A stretch of DNA of 64,000 nt from Octopus bimaculoides. Taxonomy: Eukaryota. The position numbers and the translations under genes are program-made. The DNA lies in assembly GCF_001194135.2 (NCBI RefSeq), contig NC_068983.1, positions 153,373,161 to 153,437,160 on the forward strand, written 5' to 3'. The notes beneath the pieces were generated by a model, which did no database searches, was not told where the DNA came from, and saw only the letters and a list, made by a program, of their open reading frames with translations. Of this stretch, positions 53,030-64,000 are shown piece by piece; positions within the stretch are counted from its first letter, which is position 1, and every line of letters begins with the position of its first letter.

Positions 53030-53775
53030 CTTTTATACATGGTACAGTCATTTGACAGTTGCCATTTTGGAGCACCACCTTTAGTCCAAAAAATCAATCC
53101 TAGATCTTATTCTTTGTAATCCTTGTACTTATCCCAACGGTCTCTTTTGCTGAACCGCTAAGTTTGAGGGACATAAACACACCAACATCGGTTGACAAGC
53201 GATGATGGGAGGACAAACACAAACACATACAAGCATACTATATATATATATAAAGTTGTAGTATATTGTCAACTTAATGTGACAATCCCAATAAGGAGAA
53301 ACATGCCTCTCTATCCGGCTGGCAAGCTACTTCAGGCTGATAACGAGCAAAGACTCAGAAACATGTCCCTGAATGCTGGCTAGGCTGGGTGGGGGAGCTT
53401 GTCTCCCCTTCACAAACTTAAGGACACAGTAAATGTGTCAAGGCCGACAGGAAGCGGTCCAGCTTCCTAGGGCTAAACAGCAGTAGTGTATTCCCTTATT
53501 GGGATTGTCACGTTAAGTTGACAATATACTACAACTTTGTCGCTCCACTACTGCTTAAATCTCTCTGAGAGATTTAGAAATATTATATTTCTAATTATAT
53601 ATATATATATATATATATACACGACGGGCTTCTTTTAATTTCCGTCTACCAAATCCACTCACAAGGCTTTAGTGAGCCGGAGGCTATAGTAGAAGACACT
53701 TGCGGAAGGTGTCTCGCAGAGGGACTGAACATGAAACCATTTAGTTGGGAAGCAAGCTTCTTACCACACAGCTGG
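53030..53775 (-). mobile_element. SINE family B split by an insertion in its central (TA)n
   Basis: Head and 5' body at 53619-53775, 3' body at about 53030-53230, foreign sequence at about 53252-53595. Confidence 0.75.
53252..53538 (+). mobile_element. Element P2: 45-bp inverted repeats enclosing a minimal hammerhead-like motif
   Basis: Inverted repeat arms at 53252-53296 and 53494-53538 (1 mismatch). TTCAGG-CTGATAA-CGAG caaaga CTCA-GAAA-CATG-TC-CCTGAA at 53331-53373. Confidence 0.75.
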
Positions 53776-53819
53776 TGTTAGAGTACCTTTAATGCTATGT
53801 GTTCTATATATATAACAGC

Positions 53820-55330
53820 CGCTTATATTTTCATTGCTGGTGACTTCAACTGCCCCGAAATTGAATGGGAAACTTTCCTTTGGCCGCAAAGCGCAGACGA
53901 TTTCCTTGATGTAGTGCTTGATGCAATCTGGCCCCTAGTAGTCATCTCTTCACACAAGAGGTAATAACACTTTGGACCTCCTCTTTACCACCACTCCTGA
54001 AACTGGTATCTGTGTTACGACGAAGGAACCTCTAGGCGACTCCGATCATGCAATGATCGTTGCCAATCTATCTCTTATAGGCGGAAGAAAGAAGCACCAC
54101 TACCTTCAAGTCACTCGCTTTGACTGGAACAAAGCGGACTGGAACTGTTATCGAAAGGAGTTTTTGAAAGGAGTTACGATTCAAACTCGTTTGAATTTTA
54201 TGTTTCAGGGGAAGGCAATATTGTTTGTCATAATATCCTCAGTGTAATCTGGGCTGCACGTGAAGCTTCAGTACCGCGCAATTTGGGAGACTGCAGCACT
54301 TCCACTTGCCAAGAAAGTGTGATGCTGAACAGAAATACAGACAGCATAGAAAAGATGAGAACAGAAGACGCAACAGATCATCCAACTGTCTCAAGCAAGT
54401 GACGAAAAAGGCAGTGCTTGAGTTTGAACGACGTATAACAACTATCCCTGACAGCAAAATGTTCTCGATATATGTGCGTTCGAAACAGACCTCACTCCCC
54501 AGTTAGTCCTCTTTACAATCCCCACACAGGTCGGATCCCCAATGACCCCTAGGAATGCGCTGAGCTTATTGCTAAATGTTATGCTAGTATTTTTACTGCT
54601 GAAAATCCCAATGTACTTTCTTCGCCAACTCTGACATCAAATTCCGTATCAACTATGAAGTTCATACCCGGAATGCTGCAAAGCCACCTCAAGAATAAGC
54701 GTAACTATGCCTCTTCTGGTCATAATGGCTTTAATTATGTGCTTCTCAAACATTGTGGATTCTTTCTGTTGCACCAGCTTTCTTCCTTGTTTAATTCTGT
54801 CTTAACAATTGTGTCAATCCAGAACAGTGGGAAATTGCCAGTGTCGTTCACCTGTTCAAAAAAGGTGATCGTACATCACCTCTCAACTACTGTAGACTAA
54901 GCTGTACTAGCTGCATCGCCAAACTGATGAGGAACACTGGAACGTTTGGAGCTCTCACAGCTTTATTCGACTCTCACAATTCCAGCATCAAGTTTCTTGG
55001 GGACATCACTCTAGTTAATAAGATAACTTCTGGTGTACCACAGGGATCTGTTCTTGGACCCCAAATGTTTGTTGCATATTTTAATGATATAGGTGGCAAT
55101 TTGAGGAATGTTACGGTGCTGAAATATGCAGATGACATCAAGGTGTACTTCGAAATAAAAAGAACAGTCCTATGCGCTATAGATCTTTCCTGTAGTCACA
55201 CCTGGATACAATGCAGCAATGGCAACTCACGCTAGCTGTGGAGAAGTGCATCACCATGCATTCTGGGAGCAATAATCCACCCTTTACATACTCTCTCAGC
55301 AAACCCAGTCCCAGAAGTCTTCTAGCGGGA
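53820..55330 (+). mobile_element. CR1-like LINE, degenerate with internal deletions
   Basis: FIAGDFNCPEIEW; LDLLFTT; EPLGDSDHAMI; FDWNKADW; SGHNGFNYVLLKHC; LFKKGDRTSPLNYCR; TSGVPQGSVLGP; LKYADDIKVY; QWQLTLAVEKC. Confidence 0.85.
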
Positions 55331-57746
55331 GTGATCTGGGCATTTTTTAAACAACTCCTTCGCAAAATTGGCAAGGTGTGGTTTAAAAGGTGGTTTGCTT
55401 CTATATTTAAATTTAATTCACCGTAAAAATAAACCTCTCTTCCTTCTGCGTAAGTATTACTCTGGTTTCCCATTTCAAAGTAATAAGCTTTACATTACAC
55501 TCTTCCTATAAACGCATTGGATTTTCAATGAGAATCTTTACGAACTCTTTTATCGTTGGATTTGAAATGTCCTTACGTGATCCGTCGATTTGTAAACTTT
55601 CCATTATTAGATTATTTTGTCCCTAGCTTACACAAATTAAATGTATTAAATATCAGAATGAAGAGTAAATAAAATATTGTCAATCCAGGCAAATTGCTTC
55701 ACAAGCTCTCTGTTAATAAAAATACACCAAGCAAACAGAAATGTTAATATTAGTAAAGAAATCCAGTTAATACTAAGTTCAGGTCCGATGTTGAAGTCCA
55801 TCACTCTTCAAGTTTGTAAATCCATGGTTATGTATGTATGTATGTATGTATGTATGTGTATGTATGTATGCATGCATGTATGTATGTATGTATGTGTGCA
55901 TGTATATATACACACTCACATATATATTTATACACACAATATATGTATATGCATGCATGTATGCGTGTATGTATGTATTTATGAGTCTGCGAAAATTATA
56001 GTGACTTCTCTATATATGTTTAGAAATCCGATATACATGCAGGAATGAGGTTTATTATACTGTATGTATATTTTATTTTGCTGTATATTCATTCAGCGTC
56101 TTTACAGATCTCAAAATTATCGAGTTGTTGCATTATATATGTGGCAAGAAAATGTATTGAAAATCAACTGATGACACCAGTAACCATGCAAAAGTTAATT
56201 AATTTGTATTTCTCTATGTCTCCCTTGCCTGACTGGACAGGAATTATCATTAAAGCTAATGATTATTCTCTTCATCATGCGTGTAATTTTAATTAATGTT
56301 TTCTTTTTTCCTTTCTTTCTTTTACTCATTACATTATATATGTGTGTTGGCACGTAACTAATATAAATAATGTCTGACATATTTCAAAGTCGAAGCATCT
56401 TTTGGTCGTTCGACCTGATAAAATTAGCAACTAAATCCATCCCAATTTATACAATAACCAACTTAAAGTAAGATGAAGATGCTAGATAATGTTTCTACAT
56501 ACACATACACACACGCGCACACACACATTTGTGAATAAACGACGGGATAAGCAAAACTGAAATGGCTTTCGATGTGGGTCTTCATATGCAGGTGAAATCT
56601 TGGGCTGAATAATAGATTATATATGGAACTGAGTGACTGGTCAACAGAGCTGAAGAACCAATACATGAGGACATTGGATGAAATACAAATGTCTGAAAAT
56701 AAGTTTAGAAATCTGAAAAATTAAAGGGACTAATAGTGGATTACACACACACACACATACCCACACACACATATATGTATATGTATATGTATATATATAT
56801 ANNNNNNNNNNNNNNNNNNNNNNNNNNNNNNNNNNNNNNNNNNNNNNNNNNNNNNNNNNNNNNNNNNNNNNNNNNNNNNNNNNNNNNNNNNNNNNNNNNN
56901 NNNNNNNNNNNNNNNNNNNNNNNNNNNNNNNNNNNNNNNNNNNNNNNNNNNNNNNNNNNNNNNNNNNNNNNNNNNNNNNNNNNNNNNNNNNNNNNNNNNN
57001 NNNNNNNNNNNNNNNNNNNNNNNNNNNNNNNNNNNNNNNNNNNNNNNNNNNNNNNNNNNNNNNNNNNNNNNNNNNNNNNNNNNNNNNNNNNNNNNNNNNT
57101 GTGTGTGTGTGTGTGTGTGTGTGTACAGGACCGTCCAAATAATTCTGTTCTCTATGTAAGTGCAAACACACTAAGTACCTTCTTTGTGTTGTAAAAAGAA
57201 AGGCAAAGGAAACACAAGTAAATCAAACACACAAAGTCATCATATTGCTTATAAATAATGAAATAAATACATACAAAATAAGCTCTCAAATATTAAAAAA
57301 AAATGGAATGGAGAGCACATATATATACGTATACGCGCACGCATGTGTGTGTGTAAAACTAAGATCGAACGATCAAGATGTACCAAGTTAGAAGGCTTCG
57401 AACAATTTGTAGAAGTTATAAAAGAAAACTCAGGAACGATAGTCGTTTATTGTGGTAGAAGGTTGTAATTTTTTTCCATATCCAAGTTGGAGTTATAATT
57501 CACAGTTATCAACAGGAGTTGCTGTATATGCGAATGAAAATTCAAATTTAAGGAATGGAGTAGAGAAAGTGCAGGCTACATATGTTTCAAAGCTAGGAAA
57601 ACCCAGAAGTTGTAATTATCCAAACGCGGGGCCTTACGAGTAATCGGATTACACCATATTAGTATCATTACTAATCTGATATTTGCTAGCTTTCAAACAT
57701 ATGTATCTTGGATTTTAGCTACCCCATTCTCTAAATTTGGATATAT

Positions 57747-57806
<60 letters not shown>

Positions 57807-58471
57807 NNNNNNNNNNNNNNNNNNNNNNNNNNNNNNNNNNNNNNNNNNNNNNNNNNNNNNNNNNNNNNNNNNNNNNNNNNNNNNNNNNNNNNNNNNNNNN
57901 NNNNNNNNNNNNNNNNNNNNNNNNNNNNNNNNNNNNNNNNNNNNNNNNNNNNNNNNNNNNNNNNNNNNNNNNNNNNNNNNNNNNNNNNNNNNNNNNNNNN
58001 NNNNNNNNNNNNNNNNNNNNNNNNNNNNNNNNNNNNNNNNNNNNNNNNNNNNNNNNNNNNNNNNNNNNNNNNNNNNNNNNNNNNNNNNNNNNNNNNNNNN
58101 NNNNNNNNNNNNNNNNNNNNNNNNNNNNNNNNNNNNNNNNNNNNNNNNNNNNNNNNNNNNNNNNNNNNNNNNNNNNNNNNNNNNNNNNNNNNNNNNNNNN
58201 NNNNNNNNNNNNNNNNNNNNNNNNNNNNNNNNNNNNNNNNNNNNNNNNNNNTGTGTGTGTGTGTGTGTGTGTGTGTGTCTGTGTGTGTGTGTGTGTGTTT
58301 GTGTGTGTCTATGTGTGTGTATCATAGATAGATAGATAGGTAGGTAGATTGAGAGAGGGGGAAACTGAGGGAGAGTGAGAGAAAAAATGTGATGGCATTG
58401 GTATAAATAATGATCATCTTATAAACTGTATCATAACTTACAGCCGTTACTGGTACGAGACGCAGTGGATT

Positions 58472-58605
58472 TGTTATGTCGACGCCCTCAGACGATGAAG
58501 TAGGCTAGCCCAATAGGTACATATAGAGGGAGAAGTCTAGACGTCGGAGTAGTTGAGTAGAAGTCATCCGAACGCGCGATATAATAGTGGCGACGAGGAT
58601 TTCGT
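58472..58605 (+). mobile_element. Putative LTR plus primer-binding-site remnant
   Basis: TGTTAT... segment followed by TGGCGACGAGGAT (58588-58600), complementary to the 3' end of animal tRNA-Ser(GCT) (...ATCCTCGTCGCCA). Confidence 0.5.
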
Positions 58606-59514
58606 AGCTCACACTGCCACTGTGTAGTATTGCGATATAACAGGATTCATAGTTGAGTACCTGAGTAACCCCTTATAGCTTCATCGGAGCCTCAAACTAC
58701 TTGTATACATATGTTTCCATTTGTCTTTTGTTTTTTTGGTTTGAACGATGACTTTAATACCGTTGCATGTCCTCCAGTAGCCTATTACAAACTTGAAAAT
58801 TATTGTTCAGTAAGCTGTACGTCATTCATTTTACATATCAACTGTAATGCTAAACACTGTTTCACATTTATCATTCGATTTCTTATTCCGCGTTACATGA
58901 CTCTCCACATGATAACATTAATTTCCATTGTCATCGAAATATGTAAATCTTTTATTTTTTTCAAATGGTCATGTCGGAATGGAACTTTTCAAACAATAGT
59001 GCAAGATATTACAGGACCATTGAAAGTATTACGCATATTCTAATTATACAGATTTTGTTTCATTAAGTATCTGCATGTTCTGGAGGAGAGAGCTTATGAA
59101 TTATAATTTTTCTTATTCTTTGCTTTCGAAAAATAGAAACATATATTGTTTAACGAAATATATAGAAATTACATGCACTTTGTAAGATTCAACATATTAT
59201 TTTTATAGCAATCCATTCAGACTTATTTTCGAATGTTTAACTGTAATAACATAATAATATATTGTAATATTTCATGATATGATGATTTGTAAATTCAAGC
59301 CCATATCATATATTTCCATATCTTATGCCAAATTCATAACAGTTTATACTTTTTCCTTCTTCATAAATTTCGTTGGTCGAGACATTTTCGTAATCATAGT
59401 CGATTACATTATTTGGGTCACCCTAAATTCCAGAGCTATAACATATTTCATCCTCGTTCTTCCGTGGAGAAACTAAATCTTGTAAATTTGTGAACAATGA
59501 AATTTAAATTTGAT

Positions 59515-59690
59515 TATTTAAATTATTTACATTATTTACATTATTTACATTTGACGGATATTTATCCTCATCTTGTTTGTTGTTAACACAACGTTCCGGC
59601 TAATATACCCTCTAGCCTTTATCATGTGTGTTGGGGAAATGTCGAACCTTTGTTCTCATTCCTAAGGTATTTTTCGATGTTGTTGTTGTT
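59515..59690 (-). mobile_element. PLE family P1 hammerhead tail (core mutated)
   Basis: Minus strand: catcgaaaaataccttaggaatgagaac...acacatgataaaggctagagggtatattagccggaacgttgtgttaacaacaaacaagatgagg. Confidence 0.9.
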
Positions 59691-59712
59691 GTTGTTGTTG
59701 GTGTTGTTGTTG

Positions 59713-59785
<73 letters not shown>

Positions 59786-60386
59786 CATTATTATTGTTGT
59801 TATTATTGTTATTGCCTTTGCACAGCTTCAAACGCTGGAGATGAACTTTAGTGTCGGCTGTTCACACCTCTTATTTTTCGAGCACCTTCCGGAGTATACT
59901 AGCGTTTCCAAGCAGTGCTGTTTTCTGCAAATGCTCCACCTTTGTTGCAGCCCTTTTTTGTTCCACGTTATTCGCGAGACTTTTGCTCAGTGTTCCCAGA
60001 GCTCTGACAATTATTGGTACTACTGCTACCTTTTTCATCGACCACAACGGCTTAACTTCCCAAGCTAACCTGTCATATCTCTCGACTTTTCTTTCTTCTT
60101 TATCGCATACCTTGTTGTCAGCTGAGCATGCTATGTCTATGATCCAGCATAGCTTGTTTTCCTTCTCAATTAAGATTGTGTCCGGCTTCCTATTCTCTAT
60201 CTTATGATCACACTGAATCATAAAATCCCATAGGATCGTTGCATTTCTATTTTCGACGATGCTTTCAGGTTTGTGGTCGTACTGATTTTTTGCTCTGTGA
60301 AGTCCATACTTGTTGCAAAGTGTCCAATAGACGCGTCTGCCTATATTGTCGTGGCGTCTCTTATATTCTTTCTGGGCTAGTGGGCC
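59678..60386 (-). mobile_element. 5'-truncated R4/Dong-like RLE LINE with (AAT/AAC)n tail
   Basis: LAQKEYKRRHDNIGRRVYWTLCNKYG...ENRNATILWDFMIQCDHKIENRKPDTILIEK...IIDIAC...LQKTALLGNASILRKVLEK* (ORF 59871-60221 open); trinucleotide tail at about 59678-59815. Confidence 0.9.
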
Positions 60387-60850
60387 ACGGGCATATGGCG
60401 TAGTGGTTAAGAGCGCTGGCTACTAACCCCAAGATTACGTGTTCGTTTCCAGTGAATAATAATAATAATAATAATAAGAAGAAGAAGAAGAAGAACAGGA
60501 AGAGGAAGTGGAAGAAGAAGAAGAAGAAGAAGAAGAAGAAGAAGAAGAAGAAGAAGAAGAACAGGAAGAGGAAGAAGAAGAAGAAGAAGAAGAAGAAGAA
60601 GAAGAAGAAGAAGAAGAAGAAGAAGAAGAAGAAGAAGAAGAAGAAGAATAACAACAACAACAACATCATCGAAAAATACCTTAGGAATGAGAACCCAGGT
60701 CCGAAATTTCCCCCATGACACCTGATGAAGGCTAGAGTGTATATCAGCCGAAACGTTGTGTTAACAACAAACAAGATGAGGACAAATATCCTTCCAATGT
60801 AAACACTGTAAATAAAACATATATTTCCTCATCTCTTAAATATAGAACTG
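60387..60850 (+). mobile_element. PLE family P1 terminal module: tRNA-like head, (AAT)(AAG)(AAC)n, hammerhead, tail
   Basis: A box at 60396-60406, degenerate B box at 60439-60450, microsatellite at about 60455-60665, tail ending cctcatctcttaaatatagaactg. Confidence 0.9.
60716..60763 (+). ncRNA. Minimal type-I hammerhead ribozyme motif
   Basis: Stem I TGACAC/GTGTTA; core CTGATGA (60722-60728) plus an extra A; stem II GGCT...AGCC; GAAA; palindromic ACGT in place of stem III; predicted GUU cleavage after 60757. Structure read by eye; activity untested. Confidence 0.75.
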
Positions 60851-61899
60851 TTTAAATTTCATATTTCTTACTTTGACCGTGTAGTTGTTGAGCAGACATG
60901 GTCAAATTTCTATACAATAATCACTACTCCTGAAGTATAGAAATATATCCATGATCATATTAACCAAAGATAAAATTTTTTTAAAAATATTCTATTTCTT
61001 TTTTTATAACGGTGGGTTGTGAGTAAACAGTAAGACATGTTATTGTGCGATGGAATATAGATATAGTGTTTAGAGGCTTTCAAGACGTAATAATCACATT
61101 ATATTTCCATATATAGTGTAAATTAACACTACTCGATTCCGTGTTTCTTAGCTTGCTAAAAGGTCGTGAGATTCCTTGAAGGAAGATTTTCTGCAGTTTC
61201 TAGTAATTTCAGTGACAACGTAGAGTTACTTTTCGTTGTCGATAGAGAACGACCAGTCCTACATTTAATTTGTAATTGACAATCTTTGACAATATTTCTT
61301 CAGACCGCCAGTAAACTTACCTATCGGTTAAAAGAGCACTCATAGCAACGAAGACAATTTACTACATACTAAAATGCTATATTGAACTTTGATTCGTGTT
61401 ACGGTTTATAATTGTGTACTACTCTTTCTCTACGATAGATTCATTCAATTTAACATAGGTTTTATTTGTCTACAATGCATAATGCATAGTCTTCTCACAA
61501 GTATACTGAGCGTTTGCATATTACAAGTTTAAATAATGAGAATAAACTTTCGTTGCGTACTGAATCTTTATCAATCATGTATAGATGTAAGAAATTGAAA
61601 TGTGTTCCTACTATCCACGACATTATACAGTACCATTATTCCTTCCATATGTATAATAATTCATAAGTAATTTCTAAACTTCTTGAGGCTGGTTTAATGT
61701 TCTGCCCCTCCGTGTTCAAAATCGAATCGTTTATTGAAACAGTTGAATAAATATTTCAATATTCTTCTATCTTTAATGTCATATTCAATATCAGCTTAGC
61801 TGAAATACATTCTTCATCAACAACTGTAACAAATAGCATAGTGAATATCATGAAAGTAATAACCCTCTCTCACAAACTCTCACTCTTACACTTTCTCTC

Positions 61900-62055
61900 C
61901 ATCGTATACGCCGTCATTGTCAACATCCCCATCAAGCTTCTTCTGCTCAGCAGGTTGGATACTATGAATCACCACTTCGATCATCCGTGTGCTGCCCTTA
62001 TAACATTCAATGCATTTTACGTCTCTCCAATTCTTGAATATAATCCATCTACGTA
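61900..62055 (+). mobile_element. Possible CR1/L2-like LINE remnant
   Basis: FNAFYVSPILEYNPST resembles LYxxxVRPILEY; weak. Confidence 0.3.
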
Positions 62056-62154
62056 ATTATTGGTTTTCACCTTACTCTATTCCCATTTATTTTCCTGTCT
62101 ATTAACAATCTCTGTAAACAATTTTTTTTTTCTAATTAACTGCCAAAAGTATTT

Positions 62155-62500
62155 TAGTTTCCTTCCTTTGATGGTGTCTAATAAAATATTCTTGGTTGTG
62201 TGTTCTTAGTTGCGTCATCCTCAATGTTTCAATATTTGTTATGTGTTCTGTCCAAAAGCCTTCTAATCTATTTCATTATACTTTTGTTAATATCCAGATG
62301 AAGCTCCACATAGTTAAGTGGCACATACATAATATTTTAGTAAACTTTTTACAAGGTTTGATATTGATGTTTCTTGATGTGAGTGTGTGAGACTTTTTTT
62401 CAGCTGACACTCTAGCTATATCTGTCCTCCGTTTGATTTCTATCTGCAAACAACGCATTAATTCTTTCCAGTTGATGTTGGAATATGGTGCCACCAGAAT
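62155..62500 (-). mobile_element. RTE-clade LINE fragment
   Basis: EIKRRTDIAR...TLTSRNINIK...W.LTK...RLEGF...TEHITN...LLDTIKGRKL. Confidence 0.65.
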
Positions 62501-62569
62501 TGTATTTAAGTGGATATATGAAAGCTCTGTATTTTGTTACCATTTGGTAGAAAACTATAATTCTATGTT

Positions 62570-62588
62570 CATTAGCTAGCTAGCTAGC

Positions 62589-62641
<53 letters not shown>

Positions 62642-62655
62642 GAATAGATAGATAT
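62570..62655. repeat. (TAGC)n(TAGA)n tetranucleotide microsatellite
   Basis: Visible directly. Confidence 0.95.
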
Positions 62656-62656
62656 A

Positions 62657-62817
62657 CAACAGGCTTCTCTCGGTTTCGGTCTATCAAGCCCATTCACAAG
62701 GCTTTGGTCGGCCCGAGGCTATAGTATAAGACACTTGGCCAAAATGCCACGTAGTGCAACTAAACGCGGATCCATGTGGTTGGGAAGCAGACTTCTGCCA
62801 CACAGCCACGCCTGCAC
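62657..62817 (-). mobile_element. SINE family B 5' part (tRNA-like head)
   Basis: Minus strand: gtgcaggcgtggctgtgtggcagaagtctgcttcccaaccacatggatccgcgtttagttgcactacgtggcatt...tactatagcctcgggccgaccaaagccttgtga. Confidence 0.85.
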
Positions 62818-62861
62818 ATACACACACCCCCACACACACACATGCACACGCACACACACAT

Positions 62862-62892
<31 letters not shown>

Positions 62893-62894
<2 letters not shown>

Positions 62895-63011
62895 GTTCAA
62901 ATTTACAGAAAAACAAAAGACTTTGGCAGGTGTATTATTTTGGTGCTTGGGTGAGAAACTCTTTTACGTTTCGAGCCTAAGCTCTTCAACAGAAAGGAAT
63001 AAGAGAAAATG

Positions 63012-63048
<37 letters not shown>

Positions 63049-63117
63049 TTAAAAAAGACTTATGGAGTTAGTGATCAAGCATGGTGACTGGTTGGGGAAC
63101 AAGGTTTGACAGGAGAG
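62893..63117 (-). mobile_element. Repeat family P3 with a hammerhead-like motif (62961-62996)
   Basis: Minus strand: CTTT-CTGTTGA-A-GAGC ttag GCTC-GAAA-CG-TA-AAAG. Confidence 0.75.
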
Positions 63118-64000
63118 NNNNNNNNNNNNNNNNNNNNNNNNNNNNNNNNNNNNNNNNNNNNNNNNNNNNNNNNNNNNNNNNNNNNNNNNNNNNNNNNNNN
63201 NNNNNNNNNNNNNNNNNNNNNNNNNNNNNNNNNNNNNNNNNNNNNNNNNNNNNNNNNNNNNNNNNNNNNNNNNNNNNNNNNNNNNNNNNNNNNNNNNNNN
63301 NNNNNNNNNNNNNNNNNNNNNNNNNNNNNNNNNNNNNNNNTATATATATATACATGTAAGATCCAGGGTTCGAGTTAAATGAAGAAAGTTAGCTTCAAGC
63401 GATCCCTAGTAAATATAAAAAGACAGCTTTCAGGGACAATACTGGTGTATCGAGACAGAGTGTTCCGGTCCCTTTTTCGCATCGAAGAACGATAAGCTGA
63501 AAACTGTTCGTTTTATATTCCATCGTTGGTGACCAGGGTTACTGTGTGTGTGAATAAGAATACAAGAGTTACGGAATGTAGTTAGCAAGATCCGCGCTAC
63601 ATATGTTTCATAGAGAGCGGAACCTGAGAAGTAGTAATAATCCAAGCGAGGTGTATACTGCCGGCTACTCTTCAGGTCAAGGATATCTTGATAAAATTAA
63701 AGGCTACCTGTCGCAACGAGGTACATATTTGTATATAAGTATGTAATTGAGACAATATTTAATAAAAATAGCCATCTGGGCATCGTATTTATCTATAGTT
63801 ACCACATTCTTGATACGCTAATTCTTGCATTATTTGCATAACATGCCGCGTACTTGCTGCCCGCCGTGTACTCAGATAACAAGTCACCGTCTTTGATATA
63901 GGAAAGAATGTGAATAAAATATTCACTGATGTTAGGAATAGTCGCCGGCTTTCTAATATGGCACCGATAAGGCTTTCAGGACAATCCTTACCGTAGATAG

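Overview
AT-rich eukaryotic (animal) genomic DNA with many assembly gaps (N runs, mostly next to dinucleotide microsatellites). The SINE and simple-repeat landscape resembles cephalopod (octopus-like) DNA; this is an inference. I cannot support any host protein-coding exon, so the window looks intronic or intergenic. Almost every recognisable feature is a decayed mobile element: Penelope-like elements (PLEs) of two types, R4/Dong-like and HERO/NeSL-like RLE LINEs, RTE and CR1-like LINEs, mariner/maT relics and MITEs, an internally deleted Gypsy LTR element, and three tRNA-derived SINE families. The main signal is a PLE whose 3' end carries a tRNA-like Pol III A/B-box module, then a variable trinucleotide microsatellite, then a minimal type-I hammerhead ribozyme. 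Pieces of this 3' module recur about seven times, five or six of them with a hammerhead-like motif. At 12.6-15.2 kb the PLE forms a four-segment fold-back array with hairpin junctions. Two further, unrelated hammerhead-like repeat families occur at 53.3 kb and 52.4/62.9 kb. All calls are by-eye motif recognition; no database searches were run and element boundaries are approximate.
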